A stretch of DNA of 64,000 bases from Azolla caroliniana (GCA_043228905.1 JBHGNT010000005.1:20212001-20276000), one strand, 5' to 3'; counted from the first letter of the stretch, positions 1 through 14,817 are shown. Made by a program: numbers and translations. The notes: generated by a model from the letters alone, not told the origin.

Positions 1-2519
1 CCTCTTTTTTTCTTTTCTTGTTTCCTTCTTTTTTTTCTCTTACTTCTTGTTTTCTTCTTCTTCAACGTCTCTTCCTCTATGTTTTCTATTTCTTCTTCCC
101 TTTCTCTATTTCTTTCCTTCATCTCCGTTTTCTGTTTCTTCTTCCTTCTTTCACCACCGCTATGTCCGTTGTCCGTGCCTATCACGCTTTGTTCTTGTGT
201 GTCGTTGCGTCTATACGGCCTTCTCGGTTCATCTCCGTCTCTGTCTCTATTTTCGTTTCTGTTTTCGTCTCTGGCTTCGTCGCCGTCACCATCACTGTTG
301 TCATCACCATCACCATCACCATCTGTCGTCCTTGTTTGTCCGTCACTGTCGTTTGTCGGTTAGTCCTCGTCCAGCGTTGTCTATCTGTGTCTCTGACTCT
401 GTCTGGTCCGTCTGTCAGAACTGGCCGTTATTGTCTTTCCGGCCCTCCAACCACTATTCGGTTGTCCGGTCTGTCGTTTCAACATCATCACTGTTCCGGC
501 CATCGGCTGTCCGGCCATTCCTGTCACTTTTTTGCGTGGTGTCGCCGTTCTGGTTGTTGTCCAGCCGCTTCGGCTGTCTGTCCGGTTGCTAATTTTTGCT
601 GCCGCTGGTTGTCCGTGTCCGACCCTATCTCCTGGTCCTCCGTTCGTTTGTCTGGCCCATCCGGTCCGGCCATCTTCGTCGCTAATTTTTCGCCGCCGCC
701 GCTGATTATTTGCTGCCACTCCGGTCGTTGTTCAGCTACTATCCCAACCATTTGTCCGTTGTCTTCCGGTCGTACGTTCGGTCCGTCCTCCCGGCCGCCT
801 GTCTGCTTCCCCAGCCTTGTCCGACCCTCCGGCCACTCCGGCTGCTACTGCCACTGTCCGGTTATTCCGATCGATTTTCGGCCCTTCCGACCGCTCTTTC
901 CACTCTTCGGCCGAAACTCTCCTGTTGCGGCCGCTACTTCGTTGGGTTTTATGGTCGTCTCCGTCGACCGGCCGTCGTCAAGCGTCGTCGTCCGGCTGTC
1001 GTACCGGCATTTGTCCGGTCGTCGGCTGTTGTTTAGCCACTAACCGGCTACTCCAACCGCTCCGACTGTTGTCCGGCTGCTCTTCAGCCGTTGTCCAACG
1101 TCGTCCGGTCTGGCCGCCTCCTTTCCGGCGCCGTTTAGCCACTACGACCGCTCTTCGGTCGCTCTCCAGCCGGCGCTTCTCCAGCCTCTCCTCTATCGAT
1201 ATCGTTGTTCTAGCCATCAAGCTGTCTTAGTTCGGCTCGTTCCGGTCCGTACCGGCCGGTTTTCTGGCAGTTGGTTCGGCTGCTCCCATCTTTGTTCATC
1301 TTCTCATGCCATTGGTCATTCTTTCCACCGCCCTTTCTCTTTGTCACCATCATCTCTGGCGGACCCTTCATTTTTTTCGTCTTGTTGTCCGGTCCTCCTT
1401 GTTCTTCTTTGGTGTTCTCCCGTCTTCTCCTTCTATTTGTTGTTGATGATTTTAGCAATGGTGACCCTAATGATTATGATTACAACGAAAAGTGACCGCA
1501 CATTCTAATTCCTTCATATGCATCATCTTGGAGATCATGTTTTATGAACAAACTATGCTTATTATGAGTGCCACCATGATATGAATCATGCTCACATGCA
1601 TTATGGTGGTTAATATAGCTGTTAGTATCAGGGTTAGTATAAGGGCCAGAGGCACACACTTAGGGTTAGTACACGAAGAGTTTGGGCTAAACTTATAAGG
1701 CCCATGGGTGTAGGAGAAACTAGGGCTAGGGTATCTAGTGCAAGGAATGGTAGAGGAATTAGGGTTAGGAAAACAAGAACAGAAAATGGGGTTAGGGTTA
1801 CAGGAGTTGTGATTATCCAAAGACCAAAAATGATGAGAATGATGATGATAATGCTCGGAGACATCATCAATCTACCATTTTCATCATTTCTTGTACATTG
1901 TCAATTTGATTTCTTGCTCTCTCGCACATACTTCTACCGCATATCATTCCGTAAGTTCCACTCGCACATCATACTGCCGCGGATCATTCGTCGACTCTAT
2001 CTCCAAAGGGGGGTCGCCTTAGTGGTCGCCAAAAGGTGTTATATGTTTTATGGTTAGGGTATGATAATGATAAAGATAGGAATAGGGCTAGCAATGATGG
2101 TAGATTGATAATGAATGTGTGATGATGAGAGAGGGCGTGAAGAACAAGACAACCATTGAGGGGTGGGGGGTGGTGCCTAGAATGGCTCCACCCCCCTCCC
2201 AAGGGGGTTCAACGTTAAGGGGAGAGAGAGGAAGAGAGATGACAAAGAGAGAGAGAGAGAGATTAAGAGAGAAATGTTCATTCATGTTTCATTCATTCCC
2301 CATAAGGGGTTAAATAGGTACAAAGGGGTAGATCCACAAGGGTGCAAGCCCCCTTGGCATTCACACCTAGTCACTCACTCACACCTCTTTGTATCTACCA
2401 CACTCACACTTACATTCACGCTCATAATTGTATAAAATCACACATACATATCAACACATTACATCTTTCACCCTCACTTATCACATTTATCAATCACCCG
2501 TACATCTCGTACGGTAACA
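1..2519 (-). mobile_element. 5' part (LTR, PBS, long GC-rich leader) of a non-chromovirus Ty3/Gypsy (Tat/Athila-like) element, running off the window start
   Basis: 2037..2519 is bounded by TGTTA...TAACA. On the minus strand it is followed 5 nt later by a tRNA-type PBS TGGCGACCACT (2031..2021). 1-1500 is strand-biased low-complexity CCGG/GTC-rich sequence. Confidence 0.55.
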
Positions 2520-2679
2520 ATATGCCTCGATCTCCTACCTATCAAATCCGTGCAACCTAGGATATTCACATCAGCCGACTTGTACCTAAATATGTACATT
2601 ACAACAAAACTTGTGCCCGCGTGTAAGGGTCAGTTCGCGCACATCATTCTCCAATTCCGCCTAGGGACGGTTTTCTCTA

Positions 2680-4010
2680 CGACAACGTGGGCAGTGATGA
2701 ATGCATGTTTGAGAGAGTTGAACGTATTTTGTGTTGCCGAGGTCCATAGAAAGGGAGTACCTTTGCGCGTGAGGGTGATAAGAGGATGAGCTAGAGTGGA
2801 AAACCCCTTGATGAAGCTATGGTAAAAATTGACGAAGCTGAGGAAGGAATGCACATCTTTAAGTTGAGTTGGAGTCACCCACTCCTTAATGACTGAAACC
2901 TTCTTCATATCCATCGTGATGCTAGTGGGCGAGATGATGTAGCCCAAGAATTCAATTGTGGTACGATCAAACTCACATTTCTCACTTTTGGCATAAAGGC
3001 CGTGCTCCCGAGGGTTTGCAAGAATTAATCGACCTTGACGGGTGTGCTCTGCCATGTTTGGTGAAAAAATTGAGAATATCATCTAGGTAGATGACCACAA
3101 AATGATCGAGATATTCCCATAATATACTGTTCAACATATGTTGAAAAACAGTTGGGGCGTTAGTAAGGCCGAAAGGCATTACCTTGTATTCGAAATGCCC
3201 ATATCATGTTTCGAATGCGGTTTTCCATTCATCACCGGGCTTGATGCGTACCAAATTGTATGTGCCACACAGATCAAGCTTGGAGAAGAGATGCGTAGCG
3301 AGGAGCCAGTCAAGGAGTTCGGGGATCAGAGGGAACGGATAGCGGTTGCGCTCAATGAGTTTGTTGAGACCTTGATAGTCTACAGATAAGTGTACAAAGC
3401 CGTCCTTCTTCTTCACGAATAATATGGGGGGCCCGGCCGGCGACTTAGAAGGTTGAATATATCCTTTCGCGAGGTTCTCATCGAGATACACTCGAAGGGC
3501 CTTTAGTTCTAATGCAGACAATGCATATAGAGGACCAAAGGGGGGACACGCCTTCATGAAGATCGATGAGACAGTCGTAGAGCTGGTGTTCAGGCAAACG
3601 ATTTGCATTACATTTCTCAAATACATCAGAGAGGTCTTTATACTTGTCGGGAATAGCGTGGAGTGTGTTAGAAGTAGCTCCACAAATGGTGAGCGGGTGA
3701 TGAAGTAAGGATGGGATGGCCGAGTTGAAATCGACCGTCTCCAGAGGATGTGAAACTAAATTGACCTTCATAAATGTAAACGAGCATCATGGCTCACTAA
3801 ATGTGATCGAGCGATTGCACAAATCCACTATTGGATTGTGCGCCTCCAACCACGATAGTCCTAAGACAATCGGATGTCGAGGGGATGCGATGAGGTAAAA
3901 GGGAAGCTCCTCCTGGTGGGAACCCACACGAAGCCGTAATGGGATTGTAGTCTCAGTAATTGCTCTTGACGAGATGACACACCTATCAATGGCTTCAACA
4001 GGAATGGGCT
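2680..4010 (-). mobile_element. Degenerate Ty3/Gypsy (chromovirus/Tf2-like) pol fragment: protease C-terminus and reverse transcriptase
   Basis: Frameshifted ORFs with [53 protein letters not shown]...FLGYIIS. Confidence 0.9.
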
Positions 4011-4136
4011 CTAACGACCAACCAATTCGTCTTTCGGCTTATTTACCCGATTCGGACCCAACCGATCGGTCTCCATCCGATCCGGCTCTCGGCTTCTTCA
4101 GCCGATTCGGTGCAAGTTGACCTTGCTCGCTCAACA
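4010..4136 (-). mobile_element. LTR terminal fragment related to the Copia LTR at 4908..5344
   Basis: gatccggctct..ggcttcttcagcc...cttgctcgctcaaca matches the 5290-5344 end gatccggctctggcttattcagcc...cttgctccctcaaca. Confidence 0.6.
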
Positions 4137-4185
4137 AAGATCTAAAAAATCATTAGTTCTCATTTTTCCTTAAAAATACACAAAG

Positions 4186-4907
4186 TTACTTTTCATATTT
4201 GATCAAACTTTGGCATTTTTCAATTTTATCAAATGGTGACAATTTCACCTTTTTCATCAAGTTTTCAAGAACATGTGATACTAGTATCACGGTGTTTTGT
4301 GAAATGGCCAAAAAACCCCCAAAATCAGATGAAATATTCCTTATCCTTCCACTTGTGAATGCGAACGAGGATTCCTCACAATCTTCCTCTTGTTGTGAAT
4401 CAACCTCATGTATAGCACCATCCCCCACAGGAATTGGATGAACATTAATTAGATCACTATCTCGACCTTTCCACCTTGTCAATATCCTCAATGGTTTGAT
4501 CCTCGATGAACACTACATCACACCTCCTTATAAGCACCTATAATCAAAATAATCTTGATCATATCCCATTAAAAGGCATTGTTTAGACTTAGCATATAAC
4601 TTAGACCTTTCATCATTGGGTATATGCACAAAACACTTACAACCAAACACACATATCGTAACAAACATCCCTACCATGTGTGACAACACTCTATTCACCA
4701 CTATTATTAATGCAAATACATTTCAGCTTCTTCCTTATCTTCTTTCCACAAAAACATGAAATTCCTTAAACACATCAATTACTTGATCTTTTGACTTCAA
4801 CATTCGAACCCAAAGCTTCCTAGAATGATCATCAATGAAAGTGACAAAATAAAGTACTCTGCCTATTGACCTTACCTTCGAAGGTCCACAAACATCCGAA
4901 TGTACTA
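4186..4907 (-). mobile_element. Degenerate Ty1/Copia integrase fragment
   Basis: VHSDVCGPSKVRSIGRVLYFVTFIDDHSRKLWVRMLKSKDQV (rve core), interrupted at 4908 by another LTR. Confidence 0.8.
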
Positions 4908-7835
4908 TGTTGTGAAAGTTAACGTGCGGAATCGTATTACAAACCGGCTCTACCGGATAGTAACAGTAGAGAGAAAGGTTCAATGGAAGCTTAACACAGA
5001 GAATATGCGTGGGAGAGAAAGAGAGTGAGCAGAACGTAAACTCTATTAAAAAAGTAACACTCTGTAACTTTGTACATAGAATGTGCTCAGAGAGCACTTT
5101 TATACAAGTCCATAAAGGATTGATAGAAGTATTGACAGGTACTTCAATGCTCATACGAGTAACTGTACTGACTCCAAAAAATATCGCTACGTACTAGGCT
5201 GGATCCGTAGGCCTCTAACCGCATACCGGTTTCAATAAGATTCAGCTCTCCGATCGGGCTTCTGGTTCCGGATATCATCCAGACATCGATCCGGCTCTGG
5301 CTTATTCAGCCAATCTAGATCCGGTTGAGCTTGCTCCCTCAACACTCCCCCTCGAGCTCAACTTGAGGTTGGATCGTGGTGTCAGTTTCTGTGGTAGCCG
5401 GTTCTTCCCTCCAACTCCTTCTGGTGTCCTCCAACCTTGCTCATGCTCCTCGTCCGGTCCGGTTACGCTTCCCACGACCCGTCCGGTTCTGCGATCCTCG
5501 ACCTCCTTAGTCGGCTTGTCTACTCAACATGCCCATCTCAGCTCCTTCGCTGCTATGACTCCGGCGCTTGTCCACCCATCTGTTTCTCCATGTCGGTGTC
5601 AACTTTCGTTGCCTTCTCGTCCGCTTGGTCTTTAGTTGATCCGGCTCCTCCGAATCCAACTGTTGAACCGAATCGGCTTCCTTTGATTCGTTCTAGCTCT
5701 TGTCCAAGTTGGTAGTCTCCAACTCGTCTTCCATTTTTAGGCCCTTCACCACATCAGACCACGTCCGGGTCTTGGCCTTCTTTCGGTCGGCTCTGTCCTT
5801 CTTGACTCTACCGCCACTGTCGTTTGCTCTTACTTGTTTGGATGTGCCAACTCCATTGGTCGGCTTGACTTCCTTTATCTACTCATCTCCCCCCTTGGTT
5901 CTTTCTTCCTCTCCGGCTCCTTGTCTGGTGCTATCCATTCCCATTCTTGTTCTCCCCCTCATGTGTGGCAGATCAAGATGTTGAATGCCAAGCATCTCCG
6001 AAAAATGTTGCAACTTGTCCTATCCGAGCGACTTGGTGAAGATGTTGGCAACCTGTCGATCCGTGTGAACATACCGAAGTTCAACTTCACCACCCAAGAC
6101 CCGCTCATAGACAAAGTGATAATGCACTTCTATGTGCTTTGTCCGAGCATGGAATACAGGGTTCTTGTCGAGCTGTATGCTGCGTATGTTGTCGCAGTAG
6201 ATCAGGATCAGGGTCGGCATCTCAATCCGGAGGTCTCGCAGCAGTCATCGAAGCCAGATGGCTTCACAGGTGGCAATGGTAGCACCCTGGTACTCAGCCT
6301 CAGAGCTCAACAGAGCCACTGTTGGCTGCTTTTTGTTGCTCCTTGCAACAACCGCACTACCAAGAGAAAACATGTAACCGGAGGTGGGTCGGCGATCCGA
6401 TGCATCACCAGCATAGTCGGTGTCGGTATACCTGACGAGCTTCCCAACTATACCGTGTCGATATAACAATCCGGTCCTTCGTGCCGCTAACATACCAGAG
6501 ACGGTGCTCGACGGTCGACTTTTGCATGAACTGGCAGATCACTCCGACCGGGTAACTAATGTCGGGTCGAGTGATTCTCAAGTATATGAGGCTTCCGACT
6601 ATTTGTCGGAACCATTTCTCATCGCAGGCCGGTCTGGAGTGGGGACGTAGCTTCAGGTTCCAATCCAGGGGTGTGGAGATCGGTCGGCATGCTGTCATGC
6701 CGAACTTGTACAACATATTCAACACATAGTGTCTTTCTGAGAGGAATATGCCATTGGGGGTCCGGACCACCCCGATCCCAAGAAAATAATGAAGGTCCCC
6801 CAGGTCCTTCATTTCACATGCGTCCGACGGTTGGGACTTCACTCGATTAAATCATCTACATATAGCAGGATAGAAACCGGACCGTCGGACTGTTCCGGAT
6901 GAACAGTGACGAGTCAAACTTTGAGGCCGCAAACCCCATCTTATGCAACCGGTGCGTGATCTTCGCATTCCAAGCTCGGCGGGCTGGCTTCAAACCATAA
7001 AGCGACTTCTTGAGTCGGCATACTACCAACTTGTTCATCGTTGTTTGGAATCTGGGGGTTTGGATCATATAGACCCGTTCTTCAAGGTCACCTTTAAGAA
7101 ACGCATTCTTCACATCCATTTGGTGAAGATGTCATCCCCTTGCCGCAACAACAGCCAGTACCACACGAATCGTCGTCATCTTCACTACCGGAGCGAAGGT
7201 CTCGTCGTAGTCGATTCCGTGGGTCTGTGCGTATCCCTTTGCCACTAACCGGGCCTTGTACCGGTTGACCGAACCGTCGACATTGTACTTCACCTTATAC
7301 ACCCACTTACATCCGATCAGTTTACATTGTCGGGGAGGGTCAACCAGGTTCCATGTGTCGTTGGCATCAAGTGCCTGCATTTCTTCCTCCCTAGCAGCAC
7401 GCACTTCCGCCACCTTAGTCATGTACGCATAGTGATGCGCCATGTACTCGTTATACCTGTACCTCTTGACAGGGTTCTCTTGGCGGGTTGACCGACGTAA
7501 CATGTCATTACCCGGTTTGAGGCCCTTCTTGGCTGGTTCGGGCTTCATTTTTGAAGGTCCGCCTTCTCCCTTTCCGAGGTCAGATTCGGTCAAATCCGAC
7601 CCTTCACTGCCGATATCGTATTCCAAAATCTTCTTCTTCCCCTTCTCTTTGCGCTTGAACCATCCCCTCAATTCCTTGTGCAGGGAGAGCACGGTAGAGT
7701 CTCCACGACTCGCCGGTTCTTCATCCGATTGGTCATCCCGACTCAGCCGCTCATTCGGCCCACTTAGACGGAATGAGATCAGACTCTCATTTAGAGTACC
7801 GAAATCTTCATCTTCTTCTTGAACCTCTCCAGGTT
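4908..7835 (-). mobile_element. Ty1/Copia element, 3' portion: RT, RNase H, PPT and 3' LTR (4908..5344)
   Basis: CKWVYKVK...[68 protein letters not shown]. The LTR is bounded by TGTTG...CAACA and is adjacent to the PPT GAGGGGGAG. Confidence 0.9.
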
Positions 7836-7849
7836 CACTAGCCTCATCC

Positions 7850-8372
7850 TCCAGAATCGGGTGGATGACGGGAGACGTCCAGCTGCATGGCTCCTACTAC
7901 AACCAGACGATATCATTTTCCGAATGTTGGGGTCCGTTGGCTCGATGGAATTGTGGGTGACTACTCCTAGGACAATGGTGAAGGAGATGACCCAACGCAC
8001 CACAATATAGGCACAATACATTAGCTCGCCGAAATTGTCGTTCAGGATTAGTCAATGGCCGAAATTGAGCTTGATCAATTAAATTCCATTGGGATGGAGC
8101 ATCTGCCAAAGTAGGGGAGCGTTAAAGCGGGAATGATACCTGGGGTTGTACCATTGGGGCATGTCGTGGAAGTGAATGAGTCAAACTCCAAGTCCGGCCC
8201 TCTTCTTGGCGAAATTCAAAAAGACGATTGTCACAATGGACTGCTTGTGAAATCGCTTGGGATAATGAGGTGGGCTGGGGAAAGTTCAAGAGAAGATTCT
8301 TGACATTGCTGAAGGCCCCGCCGAAAGTGATAAGCTAAAGCTTGATCACCCCAGTTGACATCGCAAGCTAGT
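7850..8372 (-). mobile_element. Ty3/Gypsy gag remnant with zinc knuckle
   Basis: LTNPERQFRRANVLCLYCGALGHLLHHCP (CX2CX4HX4C). Confidence 0.75.
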
Positions 8373-10782
8373 TGTCAAAATTCTGAAGCATAGATAGAAG
8401 TTTCACACAAACCTTGTTCATGTTGGGACCTCGATCCCTTTGGATGGGGGTCAGGAGGACCGATTCAGACAGACTAGATGAAGGAACTGGATCGGGATGA
8501 GACCCGGAAACCGGATCTAGTGAATCCGAATGGATCTGGTGCGAACCAGATCCAAGGATATATTTGTAAATATGTTTCATGATGAGCCTATTGAGGCTAT
8601 ATTTGTAAATAACCCAAAAGCCATATAAGTATAAATATGACTTAGGGCAATCACTTTATGTGTGTGTGTGTGTGTGTTGTTAGTTGTATGTGATTATCGT
8701 TGTCTTCGTTGTCCTTTTGTTTTGTAACTGCCGCTTAGCGAAGATACAGAGCTCCAGATTGTTGCCTGTGAGTCTCACATTGTTTTCCTCCCCTCATAGT
8801 GATAGTTGGAGTCCGTGGGCTCCCAGGGTTTTCCCCGTTTAGGGTTTTCCACATTAATAGTCTGTGCCATCTTACTTTTAGTTTGTTCTCTTCCATTCAT
8901 TGTTTAAGTCTCGGTTGTGGCCGAGCGTTACTTCCTCTGAAACTGGTATCAGAGCGATAACAACAAACCAAATGGAAGACTCATTCGGCGGCATGTTCAA
9001 GCTCACAGGAGCCAACTACTTAGTGTGGAAGTCGAAGATGAGGGACATGTTGGTGGTTAAAGACCTCTAGCTTCCGGTACAGTTCGAGGACAACAAACCG
9101 GACAAGATCAATGCCACGACATGGGAGGTGATGCATATGAAGATGATAGCATACATAAGATGCTTCATCGACATGAGCCTATACAACAACTTCAATGAAG
9201 AAAGCAAGGCTCATGAACTCTGGGAGAAGATAAGCATCATGTTCTAGAACAAGAATGTCGTGAATCGAGTCTCGGTTCTCCAAAAGCTGGTGAGACTCAG
9301 ATATTAAGACGGCTCCAACATGACGGAGCACATGAATGCCTTCCAGGGGCTCATAAATCAAGCCACCTCATTGGAAGTACCTCTGGCCAATGAGGTACTT
9401 GCGTTGCTATTGCTCGGTTCCCTCCCGGATAGCTGGGAGACGCTAGTTGTCACTTTGGGCAACGCCGGGTCGGAAGGAAAGCAGTTGTCCCTAGCAAGCG
9501 TAAAGTTGAGCTTGCTAGATGAAGAGGCGCGTCAAAAAGACAAGGAAGTGATCTCCGACCCAAAAGCCCTGATTTCCGAATCTGACACAACGAGGGAGAA
9601 ACCGGAACTGGAGTCCCTAGAACCGTGAAAAGTCAGGGACAAGGTCAAAGTCAAGGGGGAGGCCTACTTGCTTCTATTGTGGGAAGCCAGGGCACTTCCA
9701 GAAGAACTGTCGACATTTCCGGAAAGAGAAAGGAATCAACGGTGCCGATTCGAAGAAGAGTTCAGACCGGAAAGGCTCAGATCGGAAGGGAACGTCGGCG
9801 ATCACGACAAGTGAAGAAGAAGTGTTGCTCATCACCAAGGAGAATGACTTAAACCTTGTCGGCGATGAGACAACGTGGGTTGTCGACTCCGGAGCATTGT
9901 TCCACCTGACATCGGACCAAAAATACTTGTCATCCTACACAGCCGAAGACCACAGTTGTGTCCGGATGGGGAATGAAGGTACACGCTGAATTGCTGGCAT
10001 AGGAGATGTGTTGTTGATGACATCAACCAGATGCGAGGTGTTTCTTAAAGATGCCAGACACGTTCCGGAGGTTCGGTTGAACCTGATATCAGACGAACGG
10101 CTGGATGATGAAGGCTACACGGGTAGCATCCGGCATGGCATCATGAAGTTCAGCAAGGGAAGCCTAATTGTGGCACGATCCTGGAAGATCAACACACTGT
10201 ACCTGATGCATGGTCGGATATGCCAGGAAGAAGTGAACATAGAATCCAACAATGTCGGTGAGTTGTGTCACAAGAGACTATGTCACATGAGCCAGAAGGG
10301 GATGTGAAGACTCGCCGAAGATAACCTCATTCTGGAGGTGAAAGAATCTTGTGACGTGCATTGATTGCTTGGTCGGCAAGCAAAATCGAACCTCGTTCTG
10401 GTCAAGACCACTGATGAGATGAAATGCACCACTAGAGCTGGTGCATACCAATGTCTGTCAAGTGGACACGAAGTCACATGCCGGATCACAGTACTTCATG
10501 ACGTTCATAGACGACCACATCCGGAAGCTGTGGGTCTCACTGTTGAAGACAAAGGATCAGGTGTTGTCTGTCTTGAAGGAGCTGCACGCGAGAGTGGAAA
10601 GGGAAACCGGTTGGAAGCTAACGGCGGTTCGAGCAGATAACAGAGGTGAATATAGGGGGCAGTTCGAGGAGTATTTCCTGTCGAAGGGAATCCGGCTCAA
10701 ATTCACCATGCCGAAGACACCGGAACTGAACAGGCTGGCCAAACGGATGAACCGGACCATAATGGAGAGAGTCCGAAGCATG
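8373..10782 (+). mobile_element. Tnt1/Tork-like Ty1/Copia, 5' portion: LTR, PBS, gag, protease, integrase (degenerate, 3' truncated)
   Basis: PBS TGGTATCAGAGC (tRNA-iMet) at 8944. Gag from ATG 8972 (LLLLGSLPDSWETLV, CFYCGKPGH), protease WVVDSGA, integrase YFMTFIDDHIRKLWV...PELNRLAKRMNRTIMERVRSM. Confidence 0.9.
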
Positions 10783-13700
10783 CAAACTTGTATGTCGCGA
10801 GTCATACAAGCTTGTAAAGAGGGGCATTGTGCTTTTTACCGAGACGGACATATGATAATAAATGATCGCGCCGCCAATTGACGGCATGTGGCCCATGTGA
10901 TAGACAATAAACTTAGAATGACTTTATGGAACTATAACAGTGCACTTTAGACACACCCTAGCCGTCTAGAGGAGATTTTCAAGGTATCTGACATACTTTT
11001 TTTAGTAGAACTACATCAGAACCCAAATCGAGGACTGCCACGAGTTGACAGTTTTCGTTGGGAATCTGTCTTTAGATAGACCTCATGTCGACATACTACT
11101 AGAGGGTCTGGAGCGGTTGCGATACTATTTCGGAGAGAGATACAAAATAGGATAGAAATACTAAAGAAAGATCCAGAAGCCCGTTTTGTATGGGTGAAAG
11201 TCCTCACTAGCAAGGATCATGCGATATTTATCGCCGTGTGTTACTTCCCCCCGAAAGGATCCCAGTATAATATGGCTGGAGAGGCGAGTATAGTTGATGC
11301 AGGAACGCCGCATGGTCCTTCTCCATACGAACCTTTATTGGATGACATAATCTGATATTCTTCTCAAGGGGAAGTCTTCCTTGTAGGAGATTTCAATGCG
11401 AGAACCCAATCCCGACAATGCACAATATTTCAGATGGATAGAAACCTTGAAATGGTGAATGTCGACCCTTTAGACTTAGACATAACGCGTACATCAAAGG
11501 ATCAAGGTGCGGACGCCACAAGATTTGGCCATCATCTGCTTGAACTTGGAAGCCGACACCAGATGATCATATATAATGGCTTAGCCAAGTGGCCGGGCTC
11601 GGAAGCGCTCACATGTTTCCCACATGGAGGAGGGGAAAGCACAGTTGATTACCTAATAGGACGCCCTGAAGCTACCCACATGGTTAACTCCTTCCGGGTG
11701 ACCCCATGCCCCATTGGTGCAGACCATAGCTTCCTATACTTTGAGCTAAAATGCAACACCTCCCACGCCACCAACTCTAGTCAACCAAACCATCACACCA
11801 TAATACATTTCACACATGAGCTCGATGACATCTATTCTCAACATGTTCAAGCCCATCTCTCCTCTTTTGATTCTTCCTTGCCTTTAGAGAACCTCACTAC
11901 AGAACTCGCACACACCCTTCACTCAACAGCAATTAGTAGCTTCCCATACACGAAACACTCCAATCATAGTAGAATAGGGTCTATGCCACAGAACAAGTGG
12001 TATGACGAGGATTGTAGAGAGTTGTATAGACAACTTAAAGTGTCGCGACTTAGTGGTACTATTTCCTCAGTACAGGCCCGAAAAGAGATGCGCAAGATGA
12101 CACGTCGTAAAAGACGAGCTTGGGAAGCATCCCAATATTGGGAACTCTACCATATGCTCATGAGTAGGGATTGCGCCCTTACATGGAAGAGACTACGGGA
12201 ACTGCGACCACAAACACCCATCGAGGATCCCAATATTTGGCACACATATATCGAGAGACTCTACCATGTCCCAAACCAACCACCCATCCCAATGCCTTCC
12301 ACACCCCGACCTAACATGGGGACACCTTTCACGACCTCTAGGGTCACGAAGGTCATAAAAAAATTACAGCATAGGAAATCCATGGACCACATAGGATTGC
12401 GAGCCGAGCACATCATATATGCTCGAGAGTGCCTAGATCCTTTTCTCACTCTAATCTTCAATCACGCCCTTGTCGAGGGTTTTCCACCACAATGGACCAT
12501 GAACACAATGGCCCCTATATATAAAGGAGGGGACCCAATGAACCCAAATACATATAGGACCATTATGATAGGCCATACGCTTGCTAAACTATATGGTGCG
12601 GTAATGGAAGCGGAGCTTAGCGATTATATGGAAACATTAAGTCTTCGAGAACCTGAGCAGGCTGGTTTTAGACGAGCCTTCTCCACTATTGACCATATCT
12701 TCACACTTAGGTGCTTAATTGAGCAGACGAAGGCTCGTAAGAAGAAACTATATTGTTGCTTTGTGGACTTCCACAAAGCCTTTGACACAGTTCCTAGGGA
12801 GAAGTTGTTTGATAGACTTAAGATATTGGAGATACCAAATGACATGATTTGGGCCATTTATGCCCTATATGAGCAAGTCTCTAGGTGCATAAGATGCCCA
12901 GGTGGTCTATCCAATTGTTTCACTAGCACCATTGGTGTAAAACCGGGGTGCCCCCTATCACCGACTCTTTTTGGGATCTACATTGATAAGATCACTGATT
13001 TTATTGCTCGTAAGGGAGGCAAGGGAGTAGCTATTGGGGATACACACATTAGTCTCTTACTCTACGCAGACGACATTGTCTTTCTCTCGGAGTCAGAACA
13101 CGGCCTACAAAAGCATCTTAATGCCCTAGATGACTTTTGTACACAACGAGGACTAGTAGTGAATCTAGCAAAAACTAAAGTCCTTATCTTTCATACATCG
13201 TCCCGAGCTAGGAGTAAAGGTCACCTAATCCTCTCTCATAAACTAGTTGAGGTAGTTGGATCATATGTATACTTGGGAGTCACTTTTAGTGCTCGCTCAG
13301 GTGAATTCTCGATGACCCAGGCAGCCAAAGATAGGCTAAAGAGAGGGTATGCATCCCTCTCACTCTTAGAGAGACAATGCCACCAAGCATACTTTCAAGA
13401 GCCACAAACTAAGGGATGGCTCTTCGACTCATTAGTGACCCCTTCCCTCATGTATGCATCAGTAGGATGGGCTCCAAGTCTACCATCTTTCATGTGGATG
13501 CAATTAGAGAGACCTTTGGTGATGATGTTATCACGTCAACTCCGAAGCAAATTGACAGTACCACATGACATTATTAGAGTAGAGTTCAGTCTACCCCTAA
13601 TGTTAGTAGAAGCACTGTTTCAAGTGGTAGTTTTTATTCATCGGATACATAGCCAACCACAAGATAGGATATCTCGTCAAGCCTTTGAGGCATCTCGATC

Positions 13701-14817
13701 CCTACATGCGTCTAGAGACACTAGCTCTTGGTATAGCACTGTGGTGAGTTGGTTACTTGTAAACGGCATAGACATTAATAACCTACCTCCCCTTAAGTAA
13801 AACCATGGGACTGACCAAACTCTAATATCTCATGAAGACTGTAATAAAGTGATACGCCAAGAAATATGGCAAATTTACTCTCAATATAAATGGATCACCC
13901 CACGAGAGCCACTCCCATCTAAAATGTTGTACTATAAGGAACACTTCTTGCACTTCTCTCAATTAGGTTTTATTACACGACCAAGATATCTAGATACATT
14001 CTTATCAAATGCACTAAGGGTTGCCATTGGACAACTTAGGATATCATCTCACCAACTTGAGATTGAGAGTGGTCAAGCTAATAGAGTCCCTAGGAAGGAA
14101 AGGCTATGTAGGTTGTGCCACATAGGGATAGAGGATGAGTGTCACTTCACATGCAAGTGCCCAACTTAAGCCGAGATACAAGTGGAATACCAAGACATAT
14201 TAGGACCCTCTCCCACCCTCTCCAAAGTATTAGATACCTCGGATGTAAAGAGACTATGTAGTTATATCTTAGACCTAAAACAACATAGGGAGAATAAATT
14301 ACAAAGTGTTAACCATAACCCTTTACTATTCATCAACTTGTAACTAGTGTAATTTTTCAGGAACAAGGGGAGACGATAAATGTGGATACACTTATGCCAC
14401 TCGGCCTCTCTCTTGAGGAAGTCGAAACGCAAAGAACAACCAAATGCCCTCAGATGTTGGGCTTCAAAACAAGTTGACACAGAGTACAAAGGATTAAGAA
14501 GATAAGGGAGCGTGAGCTATGTCGACTAGAAGCTATGGTTGGGGTACCTTTTACATTGGGGCCACGGGCCACATCCACATCGAAACCTTTGACCTCCCGC
14601 TTCTCTTCGAGAGACTTGGATGGAAATGAACTAGGCCTAGTATAACATCTTTTTCATTGTAGAACATGTTTGTTATTTTATTTTACTAGAACTATTTAGC
14701 TTAAAACTCTATTTTTATTTTTTACTTTCGATGAATGGGTAATATCCCATTTTTTGTTGTAAACCATTTGTCTCATGGGCCAATTTTGGCCTTGGAAGAC
14801 ATTAATATATCTTTCTT

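Noticed and set aside
18-1495. Long overlapping ORFs (341 aa, 181 aa and others)
   Set aside because: The A-poor low-complexity strand simply lacks stop codons. There are no domains, and the region is best explained as a retrotransposon leader.
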